DNA of 63,814 bases, the filler included, from Octopus bimaculoides (Eukaryota): assembly GCF_001194135.2 (NCBI RefSeq). It is 6 parts of 5 records of this genome, joined end to end, with 100 filler letters (N's around TTAATTAATTAA, not from the genome) between each part and the next. Parts side by side here need not be neighbours in the genome. Positions count along the whole stretch, not along the records: positions 1 to 10,992 come from NC_068989.1; positions 11,093 to 29,296 come from NC_069009.1; 4 more parts are not named here. One strand, 5' to 3'. A program made the translations under genes and the position numbers. Of the stretch, positions 1 to 12,360 are shown one piece after another. Under the pieces are notes generated by a model that saw nothing but the letters and a program-made list of their open reading frames with translations, was not told where the DNA came from and made no database searches. The stretch's first letter is position 1; each line of letters opens with the position of its first letter.

Positions 1-225
1 ATATATGTGTGTGTATATGTTCGTGTGTCTGTGTTTGTCCCCCCCAACTTCGCTTGACAACCGATGCTGGTGTATTTACGTCCCTGTAACTTAGCGGTTC
101 GGCAAAAAGAGACCGATAGAATAAGTGCTAGGCTTACAAAGAATAAGTCCTGGGGTCGATTTGCTCGACTAAAGGCGGTGCTCCAGCATGGCCGCAGTCA
201 AATGACTGAAACAAGTAAAAGAGTG
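1..225 (+). mobile_element. SINE family C, 3' half
   Basis: Matches other copies (2660-3056, 13845-14228, 34215-34725); ends GGCGGTGCTCCAGCATGGCCGCAGTCAAATGACTGAAACAAGTAAAAGA. Confidence 0.8.
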
Positions 226-763
226 TTTTGCATTTAGTTTGGAACAGTAATGTTCCTAAGCCCATAACTAACGTTTCCAGACCTTCAGAGTCCCATTTTC
301 AAGAACCCAAACAGATATGGCAGCTTAATGGTAAAAGCAGGAAAGAGATAGATCACAGCAAACAAATTAACACGTGACAGCTGACAGAGAAAACTAACAA
401 CTCTGGTGGGAAGGAGCGAGTCAAGAAAGAAGAAAGAGAAAGGAAATATTCGATCGGAGACATAAGAAACGATGCAGACGCCTAATCTATTTCAATTCTT
501 GGAAATGAGACTGTGAATTGCTGGAAACATTGAATAGGAATTTAAGAACCTTGTTGTTCCAACGTAACCGTAAGAACCTGTTACGAAAATGTGAATCATC
601 TGTTGAAAGAGGATTAACCTGGAATACATACATACATCTATCTATTTATAGATTTAGTATTGGTAGAAAATGTTTTTACATGTTTATTGAATCAGTGGAT
701 TTTATTATAACGATAATTGCACATGCCTATCGTAATTTCATTTTCATTAATTAAAACAAGAGA

Positions 764-766
<3 letters not shown>

Positions 767-807
<41 letters not shown>

Positions 808-820
808 ATAATAATAATGA
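767..820. repeat. compound (CTA)n/(AAT)n microsatellite
   Basis: Directly visible. Confidence 0.95.
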
Positions 821-898
821 TAATGATTTCAAATTTTTCCACAAGGGCAGCAATTTTGTCGGAAGCGATGAGACGATTACATCGACCCCAGTGTTCAA

Positions 899-1040
899 CT
901 GGTACTTATTTTATCGACTCCGAAAGGATAAACAGTAAAGTCAACTTCGGTGGAATTTGAACTAAGAACGTAGCAATGGGCGAAATACCGCTAAGCATTT
1001 CGTCCAGTGCGCTAACGATTCTGCCAGCTCGTCGCCTTAA
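899..1040 (-). mobile_element. SINE family B (tRNA-like head plus GAGTTCAAATTCC...GTCGATAAA-TAAGTACC domain), partial
   Basis: Reverse complement matches 2335-2530 and the copies at 12361-13031. Confidence 0.75.
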
Positions 1041-1109
1041 TNNNNNNNNNNNNNNNNNNNNNNNNNNNNNNNNNNGGAAGAAAATTTGAAGAAAGAAGAA
1101 AAAAAACAA

Positions 1110-1110
1110 C

Positions 1111-1168
<58 letters not shown>

Positions 1169-1170
1169 TA

Positions 1171-1207
<37 letters not shown>
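1110..1207. repeat. (AAT)n abutting (ATT)n microsatellite
   Basis: Directly visible; the two halves are reverse complements. Confidence 0.95.
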
Positions 1208-1208
<1 letters not shown>

Positions 1209-2111
1209 GCTGAAGACCACACACTTAGGGGAAGAAAAAGAGTACAATTGATTATATTAACCCCCGGTATAAGTACTTTTATTTTATCGGTGAATGAAGC
1301 GTGAAAAACATGTTCCTGACATTACGTGGCAACAGAACCCTAGAGAACGTAAATGTTAACATATTTCTTTGATGAAATCCACGAAAGAACAATATAAAAA
1401 AATGTAGGACATTTGTATTAAAAGGTATATTCCCTTCGAGTGGATTTCTAGCAGGTGCCGTTTCTTAAATTTTATTCACAGGTTTTCAGTACGATCCGAG
1501 ATAGCAGCAATTAACACTCGTCTAAGATGTCACGCATGTCAATAATGCCAGAGTCTATAGTCGTGAACACCAGACAACTAAGGCCTTTATATTTTTACTA
1601 TTGTCAGCTCCCTCCTATAAGCATTAATGCCGTTTAGCCACACGTTAGCAGAGTTTTGGTCGAGTAGTCTTCTCATCAACATCATTGCAACTATGACCGA
1701 CCCATCTTTTTGCATACCTTGGGCTACATCTGTCAATTGTTGCTTCTGTATGTTAAGACGGTAGGATGTGATTTGAAAAACTTTGGTTGATATTTCTATT
1801 AGCTTGATATTCACTGATGATGATTGAAAGGGATTTGACATTAGCAACAAAGCAAAAACTATATTTAAGATATTAGGCTTCCTTTGAGTACCAAACAAAC
1901 CTTCATGGTTGCCGATTCTCTACCCAATACAAGTTAAATCCACGATGGAATACTACACCGACATCTAGCTTTCTACACATTAAACTGATCCACTTAATGT
2001 TAGTGAACAGTTTATGTGGTTAGGTTGTGCGTGAAGGGAGTCGAAAACAAACTCTTTATTTACAAGATCACTCGTCTAAGTTATCGCCAATGGATTTCGC
2101 TCCGGTATATA

Positions 2112-2280
2112 TACTCTTTACTATTTTACTCTTTTACCTGTTTCAGTCATTCGACTGCGGCCGTGCTGGATCACCGCCTTTAGTCGAGCAAATCGACCCC
2201 AGGACTTATCTTTGTGAGCCTAGTACTTATTCTATCGGTCTCTTTTGCCGAACCGATACGTTACGGGGACGTAAACACAA
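2112..2280 (-). mobile_element. SINE family C, 3' part
   Basis: Reverse complement of the 1-225 sequence. Confidence 0.8.
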
Positions 2281-2334
2281 AAAAAAAATTAAATAAAAAT
2301 AAAGACAAGAAAAAGAAACAGTATTACAAAACCA

Positions 2335-2530
2335 TAAGGCGGCGAGTCTGCAGAATCGTTGGCACGCCATTTGATCCGTCCTTACGTCTTGAGCTCAACT
2401 TCCGCCGGGATCGACTCTGTCTTTCATCATTGCAGGGTCGATAAAATAAGTACCAGTTGAGTACTGGGATCGATGTAATCAACTTCCCCTCCCTCAAAAT
2501 TGCTGGTCTTATGCCAAAATTGAAACCAAT
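2335..2530 (+). mobile_element. SINE family B
   Basis: AAGGCGGCGAG..GCAGAATCGTT head, GAGCTCAACTTCCGCC B-box-like segment, GTCGATAAAATAAGTACCAG domain. Confidence 0.75.
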
Positions 2531-2659
2531 GCTATGAAACTATTCCCACTTCGTTTTCTATAATAGGCAATAACTAAGATTGTATTTTAATTAAACTTTA
2601 GCACAAAGGCAATTTCAGAAAGAGAAGAGATATCTCTTTTATTGCCTTTTGGTACACTT

Positions 2660-3056
2660 TTACTCTTTTACACTTTTACTTGTTTCAGTCATTTGACTGT
2701 GGCCATGCTGGAGCACCGCCTTTAGTCGAGCAAATCGACCCCAGGACTTATTCTTTGGAAGCCTAGTACTTATTCTATCGGTCTCTTTTACGGGGACGTA
2801 AACACACCAGCATCGGTTTTCAAGCGATGTTGGAGAGACAAACGCAGACACACAAACACACACATACATATGTATATATATACATATATACGACAGGCTT
2901 CTTTCAGTTTCCGTCTACCAAATCCACTCACAAGGTTATGGTCTGCCCGAAGCTATAGTAGAAGACACTTGCCCAAGGTGTCACGTAGTGGGACTGAACC
3001 CGGAACCATGTGGTTCGTAAGCAAGCTACTTACCACACGGCCACTCCTACGCCTAT
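2660..3056 (-). mobile_element. SINE family C, near full length
   Basis: tRNA-like head (GGCCGTGTGGTAAG...GGTTCCGGGTTCAGTCCC), internal (TA/TG)n, LINE-like tail. Confidence 0.85.
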
Positions 3057-3207
3057 GATCATTATGTAAATATGAATACATGCACTGGGTATATTTCACC
3101 TCTTTTATCATTATTATTAGTCGACTAGTTAGCCGTTTAACTAGTTATTTAATGAAGTGTTTGAATAATCGGACAGTCCATAATCAATCAGCCAGGTTCG
3201 TCAGAAT

Positions 3208-3383
3208 CTTTCGTCGCCATTCGTGACTTCATCAATGACTATCACACCCTGCTGCGAGTCTGTCTGTTTCTGAGAACCCACTGGATGAGGCAAAGACACA
3301 CAGACAGACAGACCCGAAGCACACCTGGAGTAGCGAATGAAATATTTTTGATGAAATCGGAAATGGCGACGAAAGGAGGTTAA
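3208..3383. mobile_element. possible MITE with 14-bp perfect terminal inverted repeat
   Basis: CTTTCGTCGCCATT (3208-3221) / AATGGCGACGAAAG (3362-3375); right end followed by GAGGTTAA. Confidence 0.45.
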
Positions 3384-3386
3384 CTC

Positions 3387-3422
<36 letters not shown>

Positions 3423-3441
3423 TAATAATAATAATAATAAT

Positions 3442-3702
3442 ACAGAAATAATTCCTATCATAGTAGGTGCCTTAGGTATAATAAAAAAATATTCAGACAA
3501 ATGCATAACAAAAACACCAGGACTTACAAATATGTATAACATACAGAAAATTGCACTACTGGGCACTGCACACATCTTATGCAAAACATTTGCAATACAG
3601 TAACCATAAGAGCATCACAGCAAACCGCAGCACATACCCAAGGCACACAGAGCTGCGCTCGGTAGTGAAGTGAAAGCACGTTATAAAAATAAAACTACTG
3701 AA
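3442..3702 (+). mobile_element. 5'-truncated R4/Dong-like (RLE-type) non-LTR retrotransposon: ORF C-terminus plus 3' UTR
   Basis: 3442-3603 translates TEIIPIIVGALGIIKK...IQKIALLGTAHILCKTFAIQ*, the IPxxxGALG...QKxALLGTAxIL C-terminus of R4-clade ORFs; (TAA)n on both sides. Confidence 0.7.
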
Positions 3703-3735
3703 CAATAATAATAATAATAATAGTAATAATAATAA

Positions 3736-3828
<93 letters not shown>

Positions 3829-3897
3829 GTAATAATAGTAATAATAATAGTAATAATAATAATAATAGTAATAATAATAATGATAATAATGATAATA
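3703..3897. repeat. (AAT/AGT)n microsatellite
   Basis: Directly visible. Confidence 0.95.
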
Positions 3898-4085
3898 CTT
3901 TCTGCTCTAGGCACAAGACTTGAAATTTGGGGGGAGGGGGCTAGCCGATTACATCAACCCTAGCGCTGAACTAGTATTTATTTTATCGGTACACCCCGAA
4001 AGATAAAGGGCAAAGTCGAATTCAAAACGTAAGGGCGGACGAAATGCATTTTACATGGTGGGCCAACAATTCTGTCAGTTCGCCA
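3898..4085 (-). mobile_element. SINE family B, diverged
   Basis: Reverse complement resembles 2335-2530, with the ...GTGCCTAGAGCAGAAAG tail running into (ATT)n. Confidence 0.65.
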
Positions 4086-4540
4086 CAATAACAGTAATAA
4101 TAATAATCCTTTTTACTATAGGCAAAACACCTGGAATTTATTAGGGAGTAGGGCTAGACAATTACTTCGACCTCATTCTTCAGATGGTGCTTATTTTACT
4201 GATTTCGAGCAATAAAAAGAACTGAGACAGAACCAGTCCGTGTGTTTATTATTGGCATAATGACCGTGCACTGAACAATAAAATCTGTTTCAACAAACGA
4301 AATGTAAAATGCGATGTTAATCGGAAAATAGAAATTATATGGGTGAAACAAAAATCTCGGAAAATAAAATAAAATAAAATTGATGTGAATACAACATGAA
4401 CACTGTCATAAAAAAAAAACTGATCAAAATGGAGAAACTAAAATCCGAAGAGTATGTTATTGATTGAACTCAATACCATCTGGTTCAAAGATCTTAAAGA
4501 TAAGTTACTTGCAAGACACACACACACACACACACACGCA

Positions 4541-4585
<45 letters not shown>

Positions 4586-5261
4586 NNNNNNNNNNNNNNN
4601 NNNNNNNNNNNNNNNNNNNNNNNNNNNNNNNNNNNNNNNNNNNNNNNNNNNNNNNNNNNNNNNNNNNNNNNNNNNNNNNNNNNNNNNNNNNNNNNNNNNN
4701 NNNNNNNNNNNNNNNNNNNNNNNNNNNNNNNNNNNNNNNNNNNNNNNNNNNNNNNNNNNNNNNNNNNNNNNNNNNNNNNNNNNNNNNNNNNNNNNNNNNN
4801 NNNNNNNNNNNNNNNNNNNNNNNNNNNNNNNNNNNNNNNNNNNNNNNNNNNNNNNNNNNNNNNNNNNNNNNNNNNNNNNNNNNNNNNNNNNNNNNNNNNN
4901 NNNNNNNNNNNNNNNNNNNNNNNNNNNNNNNNNNNNNNNNNNNNNNNNNNNNNNNNNNNNNNNNNNNNNNNNNNNNNNNNNNNNNNNNNNNNNNNNNNNN
5001 NNNNNNNNNNNNNNNNNNNNNNNNNNNNNNNNNNNNNNNNNNNNNNNNNNNNNNNNNNNNNNNNNNNNNNNNNNNNNNNNNNNNNNNNNNNNNNNNNNNN
5101 NNNNNNNNNNNNNNNNNNNNNNNNNNNNNNNNNNNNNNNNNNNNNNNNNNNNNNNNNNNNNNNNNNNNNNNNNNNNNNNNNNNNNNNNNNNNNNNNNNNN
5201 NNNNNNNNNNNNNNNNNNNNNNNNNNNNNNNNNNNNNNNNNNNNNNNNNNNNNNNNNNNNN

Positions 5262-5505
5262 TATTCAGCGTGACACAGTGTGACAAGGCTGACCCTTTGA
5301 ATTACAGGCATAACAGAAACAGGAAGAATGAGAGAAAGTTGTGGTGAAAGAGTACAGCAGGGTTCGCCACCATCCCCTTCCGGAGCCTCGTGGAGCTTTA
5401 GGTGTTTTCGCTCAATAAACACTCACAACGCCCGGTCTGGGAATCGAAACCGCGATCCTATGACCGCGAGTCCGCTGCCCTAACCACTGGGCCATTGCAC
5501 CTCCA
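5262..5505 (-). mobile_element. SINE family D with well-preserved tRNA-derived head
   Basis: Minus strand GGCCCAGTGGTTAGGGCAGCGGACTCGCGGTCATAGGATCGCGGTTTCGATTCCCAGACC (A and B boxes) followed by a non-tRNA body. Confidence 0.7.
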
Positions 5506-5689
5506 CCATAATCATTAGGCACCAGATTCAAACTAGCTGCATGGCATCTAAGCCAAGCGTATTTGCTATAGCGACGTGTCGCTCCAACATTTGTGAGTAA
5601 ATTTCGCTAGATGGAGACTATATAGAAGATTGCGAAATGGACGGAGTTTGAAATTCAAAGGTCTAATTTAGTCTCAAAAGGTTGTGCCG

Positions 5690-5960
5690 GTTCTATTTGA
5701 GAGGGGCCGGGCTCTCCATTGATTACTACGAGAAATTAACGTGCATGTGGCTGAGCACTCCCAGGAAGATTCAGTATAGCATAGAATGTGATAAAAGTGT
5801 CCCTTTGAAATACAGTTACAGCTTATTTTTGTCGGCTGTGAAGACTGGAGCAACATTAAAGAAAATGTCATGCTCAAGGGAAAACGTGCTGCCGGGTATG
5901 GAACTCACGACCTTACGATCGTGAACCGAATATCCTAATCCACCAAGACACGCGCTTTCA
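5690..5960 (-). mobile_element. SINE family E
   Basis: Shares AATTAA..TG.A.GTGGCTGAGCACTCC and TGTC.TG.TCAAGG blocks with 46025-46358. Confidence 0.6.
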
Positions 5961-6662
5961 CATTCGAGAGTGACGTTAAGGATATATGCATCTGAGGAAT
6001 ACGCAAAACACTTGGCTCGCTAATGTAATGACTAATTCGTGCAGTTTATCAAACAACTGGACGCCTTTGTCCATCTATCATCGTATATTATTCCATACGT
6101 ACATNNNNNNNNNNNNNNNNNNNNNNNNNNNNNNNNNNNNNNNNNNNNNNNNNNNNNNNNNNNNNNNNNNNNNNNNNNNNNNNNNNNNNNNNNNNNNNNN
6201 NNNNNNNNNNNNNNNNNNNNNNNNNNNNNNNNNNNNNNNNNNNNNNNNNNNNNNNNNNNNNNNNNNNNNNNNNNNNNNNNNNNNNNNNNNNNNNNNNNNN
6301 NNNNNNNNNNNNNNNNNNNNNNNNNNNNNNNNNNNNNNNNNNNNNNNNNNNNNNNNNNNNNNNNNNNNNNNNNNNNNNNNNNNNNNNNNNNNNNNNNNNN
6401 NNNNNNNNNNNNNNNNNNNNNNNNNNNNNNNNNNNNNNNNNNNNNNNNNNNNNNNNNNNNNNNNNNNNNNNNNNNNNNNNNNNNNNNNNNNNNNNNNNNN
6501 NNNNNNNNNNNNNNNNNNNNNNNNNNNNNNNNNNNNNNNNNNNNNNNNNNNNNNNNNNNNNNNNNNNNNNNNNNNNNNNNNNNNNNNNNNNNNNNNNNNN
6601 NNNNNNNNNNNNNNNNNNNNNNNNNNNNNNNNNNNNNNNNNNNNNNNNNNNNNNNNNNNNNN

Positions 6663-7253
<591 letters not shown>

Positions 7254-8030
7254 TGCATAGTCGTCTCAGCTAAAAAATGTGTACAACCTGACTACTGTTG
7301 TAGCACTCTCTCCATTCCAGTTGTTACACCATGAGTATGCTGCTGAGTGAGAGAGTTTATGCGTCAGCTGACGAATACACAGGCACCTAAGACAATATGC
7401 AACAGCATGGTATATATTCTGAAACCATAACCCTTTTAGTGACACAGCTGGCTCTCGCACGCCCATTAAATGCATATTACTTTAAGGTCTTCTTTTTGTG
7501 TAAGATCTTGCTGCATGAATGAATTTGCGGAATATAAAATAAATTATTATTATTAATAATAATAATAATAATAATCCTTTCTACTAACGGCACAAGACTT
7601 GAAATTTTGTGGGAAGGGGGCTAATGGATTAAAGTGACATCATATATCTGTGTGTGTATATATATATATATATATAATATTGAAGAAATTGGAGTCAATA
7701 AGAAGGAGTTATTTTTTAATCGCTACAATTGTTTCAAAGTAACATAACTCTCCAAGAATACAGGTATTTGATTTTGCAACTCTTTGTTTGCATAATGAGA
7801 TTTAGTTGTGTTTCCTCGGGCGATATTCCAGTGTTGTCCCTGTTAGTTTAAAATCGTCGACTTTTGTATGTATGTGTATGTGTAAGTGTGGATATATGTG
7901 TGCTCACACAGGCGTGTGCGTATGTATGTGAGTGGGAGACTATTAATATACGCGTATGTGTATGCACATATATATTTATCTATGTACGTGTGCCTACGCT
8001 TATATATATATACGTTTATATATATATATA

Positions 8031-8912
8031 TATCATCCCATAAATAATGCAGTTTTTAATGCTTATTTTTCAAAGTTAAGATAAACAATAAACGTAGATC
8101 TTTCTTAATCTAAAATATACTCTCCTTCATTTTCTACAGTGCTTTTACGTGTATCTGGTAGACTTGTAAGGCCCTCCTCCCAAATTTACTTGTCCGTGAT
8201 GCAAAATACTCTTCTAGTACTGTTCTCATTTCGTCTAAACAATTCATATTTTTTCCCCATCCAAATACTTTTGAAGACTGTTGAAGAAATGATAATCAGA
8301 TGCCCGGTGAATATGGTGGGTGGGGCATCGTTTCCCATTCAAAATGCTCCAGCCTTTGGGATGTCATCCTCACTGTAGCTGGTTGAGAATTATCCTGATG
8401 GAAGAACACCTTTTGTCTTGAAACCAAAACTGGTCGTTTTCTGATGGCACGCTGGTGCCAATGAATGGTTGAATGACCAGATCCAACCTTCTCTGCTAGT
8501 TCGTGAACATTTCCGATAGGATTTTGTCCTACCAGGGTTTGCGTTTGCAGGACATCCTCATCGAGTTCTACAGATATTCCACGACGAGGTTCGTCTACTA
8601 GGCTGTAGTTTCCACCTCAGAATTTCTGGAACCACTATTGACACTGGCTTATGGTTATTGTCTGATCCCCATATACTGCATTAATATTACCCTCAATTTT
8701 GTTGCGCTGTTGCTTTTATTGAACCCATGCTGAATATGCTGTTTTATCACTTCCATTATAGCTTTAAAAATAACTGCTAGAATCGAACTGCACTCTTCAA
8801 AACTTGCACCAACAACGAGTACAAGGTAAAATTACTACCTGGTCCTATAGTAAGTTGATGTAAATAGTTTATGCCGACCCCCTCCGTCTTCTAGTTCTGG
8901 CATGACCTAATA
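8031..8912 (-). mobile_element. internally deleted mariner DNA transposon
   Basis: Minus strand encodes INAVYGDQ...WFQKF*GGNYSLVDEPRRG...HSTIHWHQRAI, then jumps to KRPVLVSRQKVFFHQDN...EWETMPHPPYSP; ends TATCATCCCATAAATAATGC / TATTAGGTCATGCC. Confidence 0.85.
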
Positions 8913-8916
8913 TCTA

Positions 8917-8950
<34 letters not shown>

Positions 8951-9686
8951 NNNNNNNNNNNNNNNNNNNNNNNNNNNNNNNNNNNNNNNNNNNNNNNNNN
9001 NNNNNNNNNNNNNNNNNNNNNNNNNNNNNNNNNNNNNNNNNNNNNNNNNNNNNNNNNNNNNNNNNNNNNNNNNNNNNNNNNNNNNNNNNNNNNNNNNNNN
9101 NNNNNNNNNNNNNNNNNNNNNNNNNNNNNNNNNNNNNNNNNNNNNNNNNNNNNNNNNNNNNNNNNNNNNNNNNNNNNNNNNNNNNNNNNNNNNNNNNNNN
9201 NNNNNNNNNNNNNNNNNNNNNNNNNNNNNNNNNNNNNNNNNNNNNNNNNNNNNNNNNNNNNNNNNNNNNNNNNNNNNNNNNNNNNNNNNNNNNNNNNNNN
9301 NNNNNNNNNNNNNNNNNNNNNNNNNNNNNNNNNNNNNNNNNNNNNNNNNNNNNNNNNNNNNNNNNNNNNNNNNNNNNNNNNNNNNNNNNNNNNNNNNNNN
9401 NNNNNNNNNNNNNNNNNNNNNNNNNNNNNNNNNNNNNNNNNNNNNNNNNNNNNNNNNNNNNNNNNNNNNNNNNNNNNNNNNNNNNNNNNNNNNNNNNNNN
9501 NNNNNNNNNNNNNNNNNNNNNNNNNNNNNNNNNNNNNNNNNNNNNNNNNNNNNNNNNNNNNNNNNNNNNNNNNNNNNNNNNNNNNNNNNNNNNNNNNNNN
9601 NNNNNNNNNNNNNNNNNNNNNNNNNNNNNNNNNNNNNNNNNNNNNNNNNNNNNNNNNNNNNNNNNNNNNNNNNNNNNNNNNNNNNN

Positions 9687-9742
<56 letters not shown>

Positions 9743-10642
9743 AACACATCATCATACATTCCAATCCATACGCACAAAGACATATATTGTTGAATGTAAG
9801 TGCCATCATAGACCGCGATAACCTTATAAATATATAATCGAGAGACAGAGAGAGAATGAGAGATAGATAGAGAGAAAGAGTGCGAGAGAAAGCGGGAAGA
9901 GGGATACAAAATAATAGCGATAAACATCACGTAATTACGGGAAAATATTTATCATTTAAATGAAGCTATCATAATTCATACATTTCGTAAAGTTTTAATC
10001 TCAGACCGTGTGTTGAAACAGAAAATCTCAGGAAATTACATCATGGGACTGCCATTTTAGTATTATAACAACACATGTATATACACTGTTATATATGCAC
10101 ACTTTTTCCTTATTTCTCAAATGCACAATACATTATCAAGTGTCAGAAAGTTCCGACGTAGTTCTGTGATTGGTTGCTGCCAAATTTCCGTAGCATCTTA
10201 AATTTAAGAAAATATTATGTAATTATTACAGCAGACACATTTGTATATTAATAACATGTTATATAAAAATTATATGAATTATTTCCAAGCATGTGTTATT
10301 TTTAAATATAGAGTCTAGTAGCAAATATATATATATTTTATGTTGCGAATATGACATTTAATTAGATGGTTAAAAATATAGACAAATAGGAACATTGACT
10401 TGACATAATATAATGGTTTTAACGTTAATATATAAAAGACAGAGGTATATAATTTCGGTACAAGGGCAGAAATTTTATAGGGAAGCGGAAGAAATATATC
10501 GAAGTCGGTATTTCAGAGGTTCATTGTTTTATCGACCACAAAATAATGAAAGGTAAAGTTGAGTGCACAGGGAAAAATGTCGGAAGCAATGACGATTACA
10601 ATTTTACCCGACGTGGCAACGGATCTGCTAGCTAACATGTCT

Positions 10643-10690
<48 letters not shown>

Positions 10691-10992
10691 ATATATGTTT
10701 TCACGTGTGTATGAATACACACACGCACACATACACACACAAAAAACACACACACGCACATATACAGAGATATATCACAGATTCATACGCAATATACATA
10801 CATACGCGTTAGGAGTTAACTGCATGCATGATTTTAATGTGTATGTATATATATGAGTACGTATATATGCATATAAATGTGTATATATATATATATGTGT
10901 GTAAATATGTGTATCTATATATGTATATATATATACATGTATATATGTAAATATATATATGTATGTATTTATATATATATATATACATACAT

Positions 10993-11092
10993 NNNNNNNN
11001 NNNNNNNNNNNNNNNNNNNNNNNNNNNNNNNNNNNNTTAATTAATTAANNNNNNNNNNNNNNNNNNNNNNNNNNNNNNNNNNNNNNNNNNNN
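10993..11092. other. assembly spacer N44-TTAATTAATTAA-N44
   Basis: Exactly 100 bp; identical structure five times in the window. Confidence 0.9.
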
Positions 11093-11178
11093 TTCACCAG
11101 TCCTCAGTCAAATCGTCCAACCCATGCTAGCATGGAAAGCGGACGTTAAACGATGATGATGATGATGATGATGATGAT
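11093..11178 (+). mobile_element. RTE-type 3' tail fragment
   Basis: CAGTCAAATCGTCCAACCCATGCTAGCATGGAAAGCGGACGTTAAACG(ATG)n, same as the end of the 14615-17477 LINE. Confidence 0.8.
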
Positions 11179-11651
11179 ATATATATATCTAATTAAAGTT
11201 TACATTTAAATTTTAAAGTTAAACAGTGTCCTTAGCAGTATGGCCAGCAAAGCACATCCACCGGTTATGGCTACCTGGCATCATCCATGGTAATTGCACA
11301 ATCACTAGATCTATGTTAGGAATTCCTCAGTGCCTGTTGAGTATAGTAGAAACAATTGATACGGAAGACAGAGTATATTGGAAACCTTATTTATCACAAT
11401 GATCGTTTCAACACATCCTACACCAAGCCACTTTTGCGTTAATTTCCTAACATAGAAATTTATGGAGCTGAACAAATGTATGCTCATTGTCGGGGCTGAC
11501 AAAAAAATCTGGGTTATATTTAGTAGAAGAAAAGTGGAAGCAATTACTTCTTTCATCGAGAGCTAACTGGGCCATCATACCTCCATAGTTTTCCAAACTT
11601 CCCTTATAGTTCAGCATTCATTGACCTTGCCCTATTTCAGAAATCTCCATG

Positions 11652-12110
11652 CAGGGCCGGATTAAGCACTTAAAAGATTTTGGTGCCCCGATAAATATAA
11701 ACAATAATAAACCATAAAATATATATATTTCAAAATAAAACAGAACTAAAAGTAAGATGGAAAATAATGTTGAATTTTGCATACTTCCACTTTATTTATA
11801 TTTGAAAAGATTTTCTTACTTTTATTAAATTGCAAAGTCTTTGATCGAATCCTCACTAAGATACCATAAACACTTCGAACTTATATTTACAATCATATAA
11901 ACCACTTCGAATATTATTTTATCAAGCTTAAAGTGATTTCTTTGTACTGTAAACCATTTCACTTCCTTCTCCAAGCCAAGATTCAAAACTGATTCTAAGA
12001 ATTCTTGGTCGTCCAAACCACCACAATCAACAGGCGCGAAAACAGGTTTTCTTTGTCCTGTCAAAAAGTGATTGATCATCTCCCTTTGACCTACAACCTC
12101 AGCCATGTCA
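11652..12110 (-). mobile_element. possible degenerate hAT transposon 3' end
   Basis: CAGGGCCGGATTAAG terminus-like motif at 11652; minus-strand ORF ends SEDSIKDFAI; AAGCTTGATAAAATAATATTCGAAGT loosely resembles the KLIKNYLRS dimerisation motif. Confidence 0.3.
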
Positions 12111-12189
12111 GGCGAAGTTCAAATGGACAGGAGCTGACCTATTTAGGTACAAACTCTGCTGCAGTATGTCTGTCCTTCTAGCTGCCACG

Positions 12190-12228
<39 letters not shown>

Positions 12229-12263
12229 GTTATTGTTATTGTTGTTGTTGTTGTTGCTGTTGC

Positions 12264-12318
<55 letters not shown>

Positions 12319-12326
12319 ATTATTAT

Positions 12327-12357
<31 letters not shown>

Positions 12358-12360
12358 AAG
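12190..12360. repeat. compound (ATT)n(GTT)n(AAG)n microsatellite
   Basis: Directly visible. Confidence 0.95.

Noticed and set aside
5430-5505. tRNA-like sequence on the minus strand
   Set aside because: A and B boxes are present but the acceptor and anticodon stems do not pair well, and it continues into a SINE body; called a SINE head
11037-11048. TTAATTAATTAA as a biological palindrome or piggyBac target
   Set aside because: Always centred in an exact 44+44 N spacer; assembly artefact
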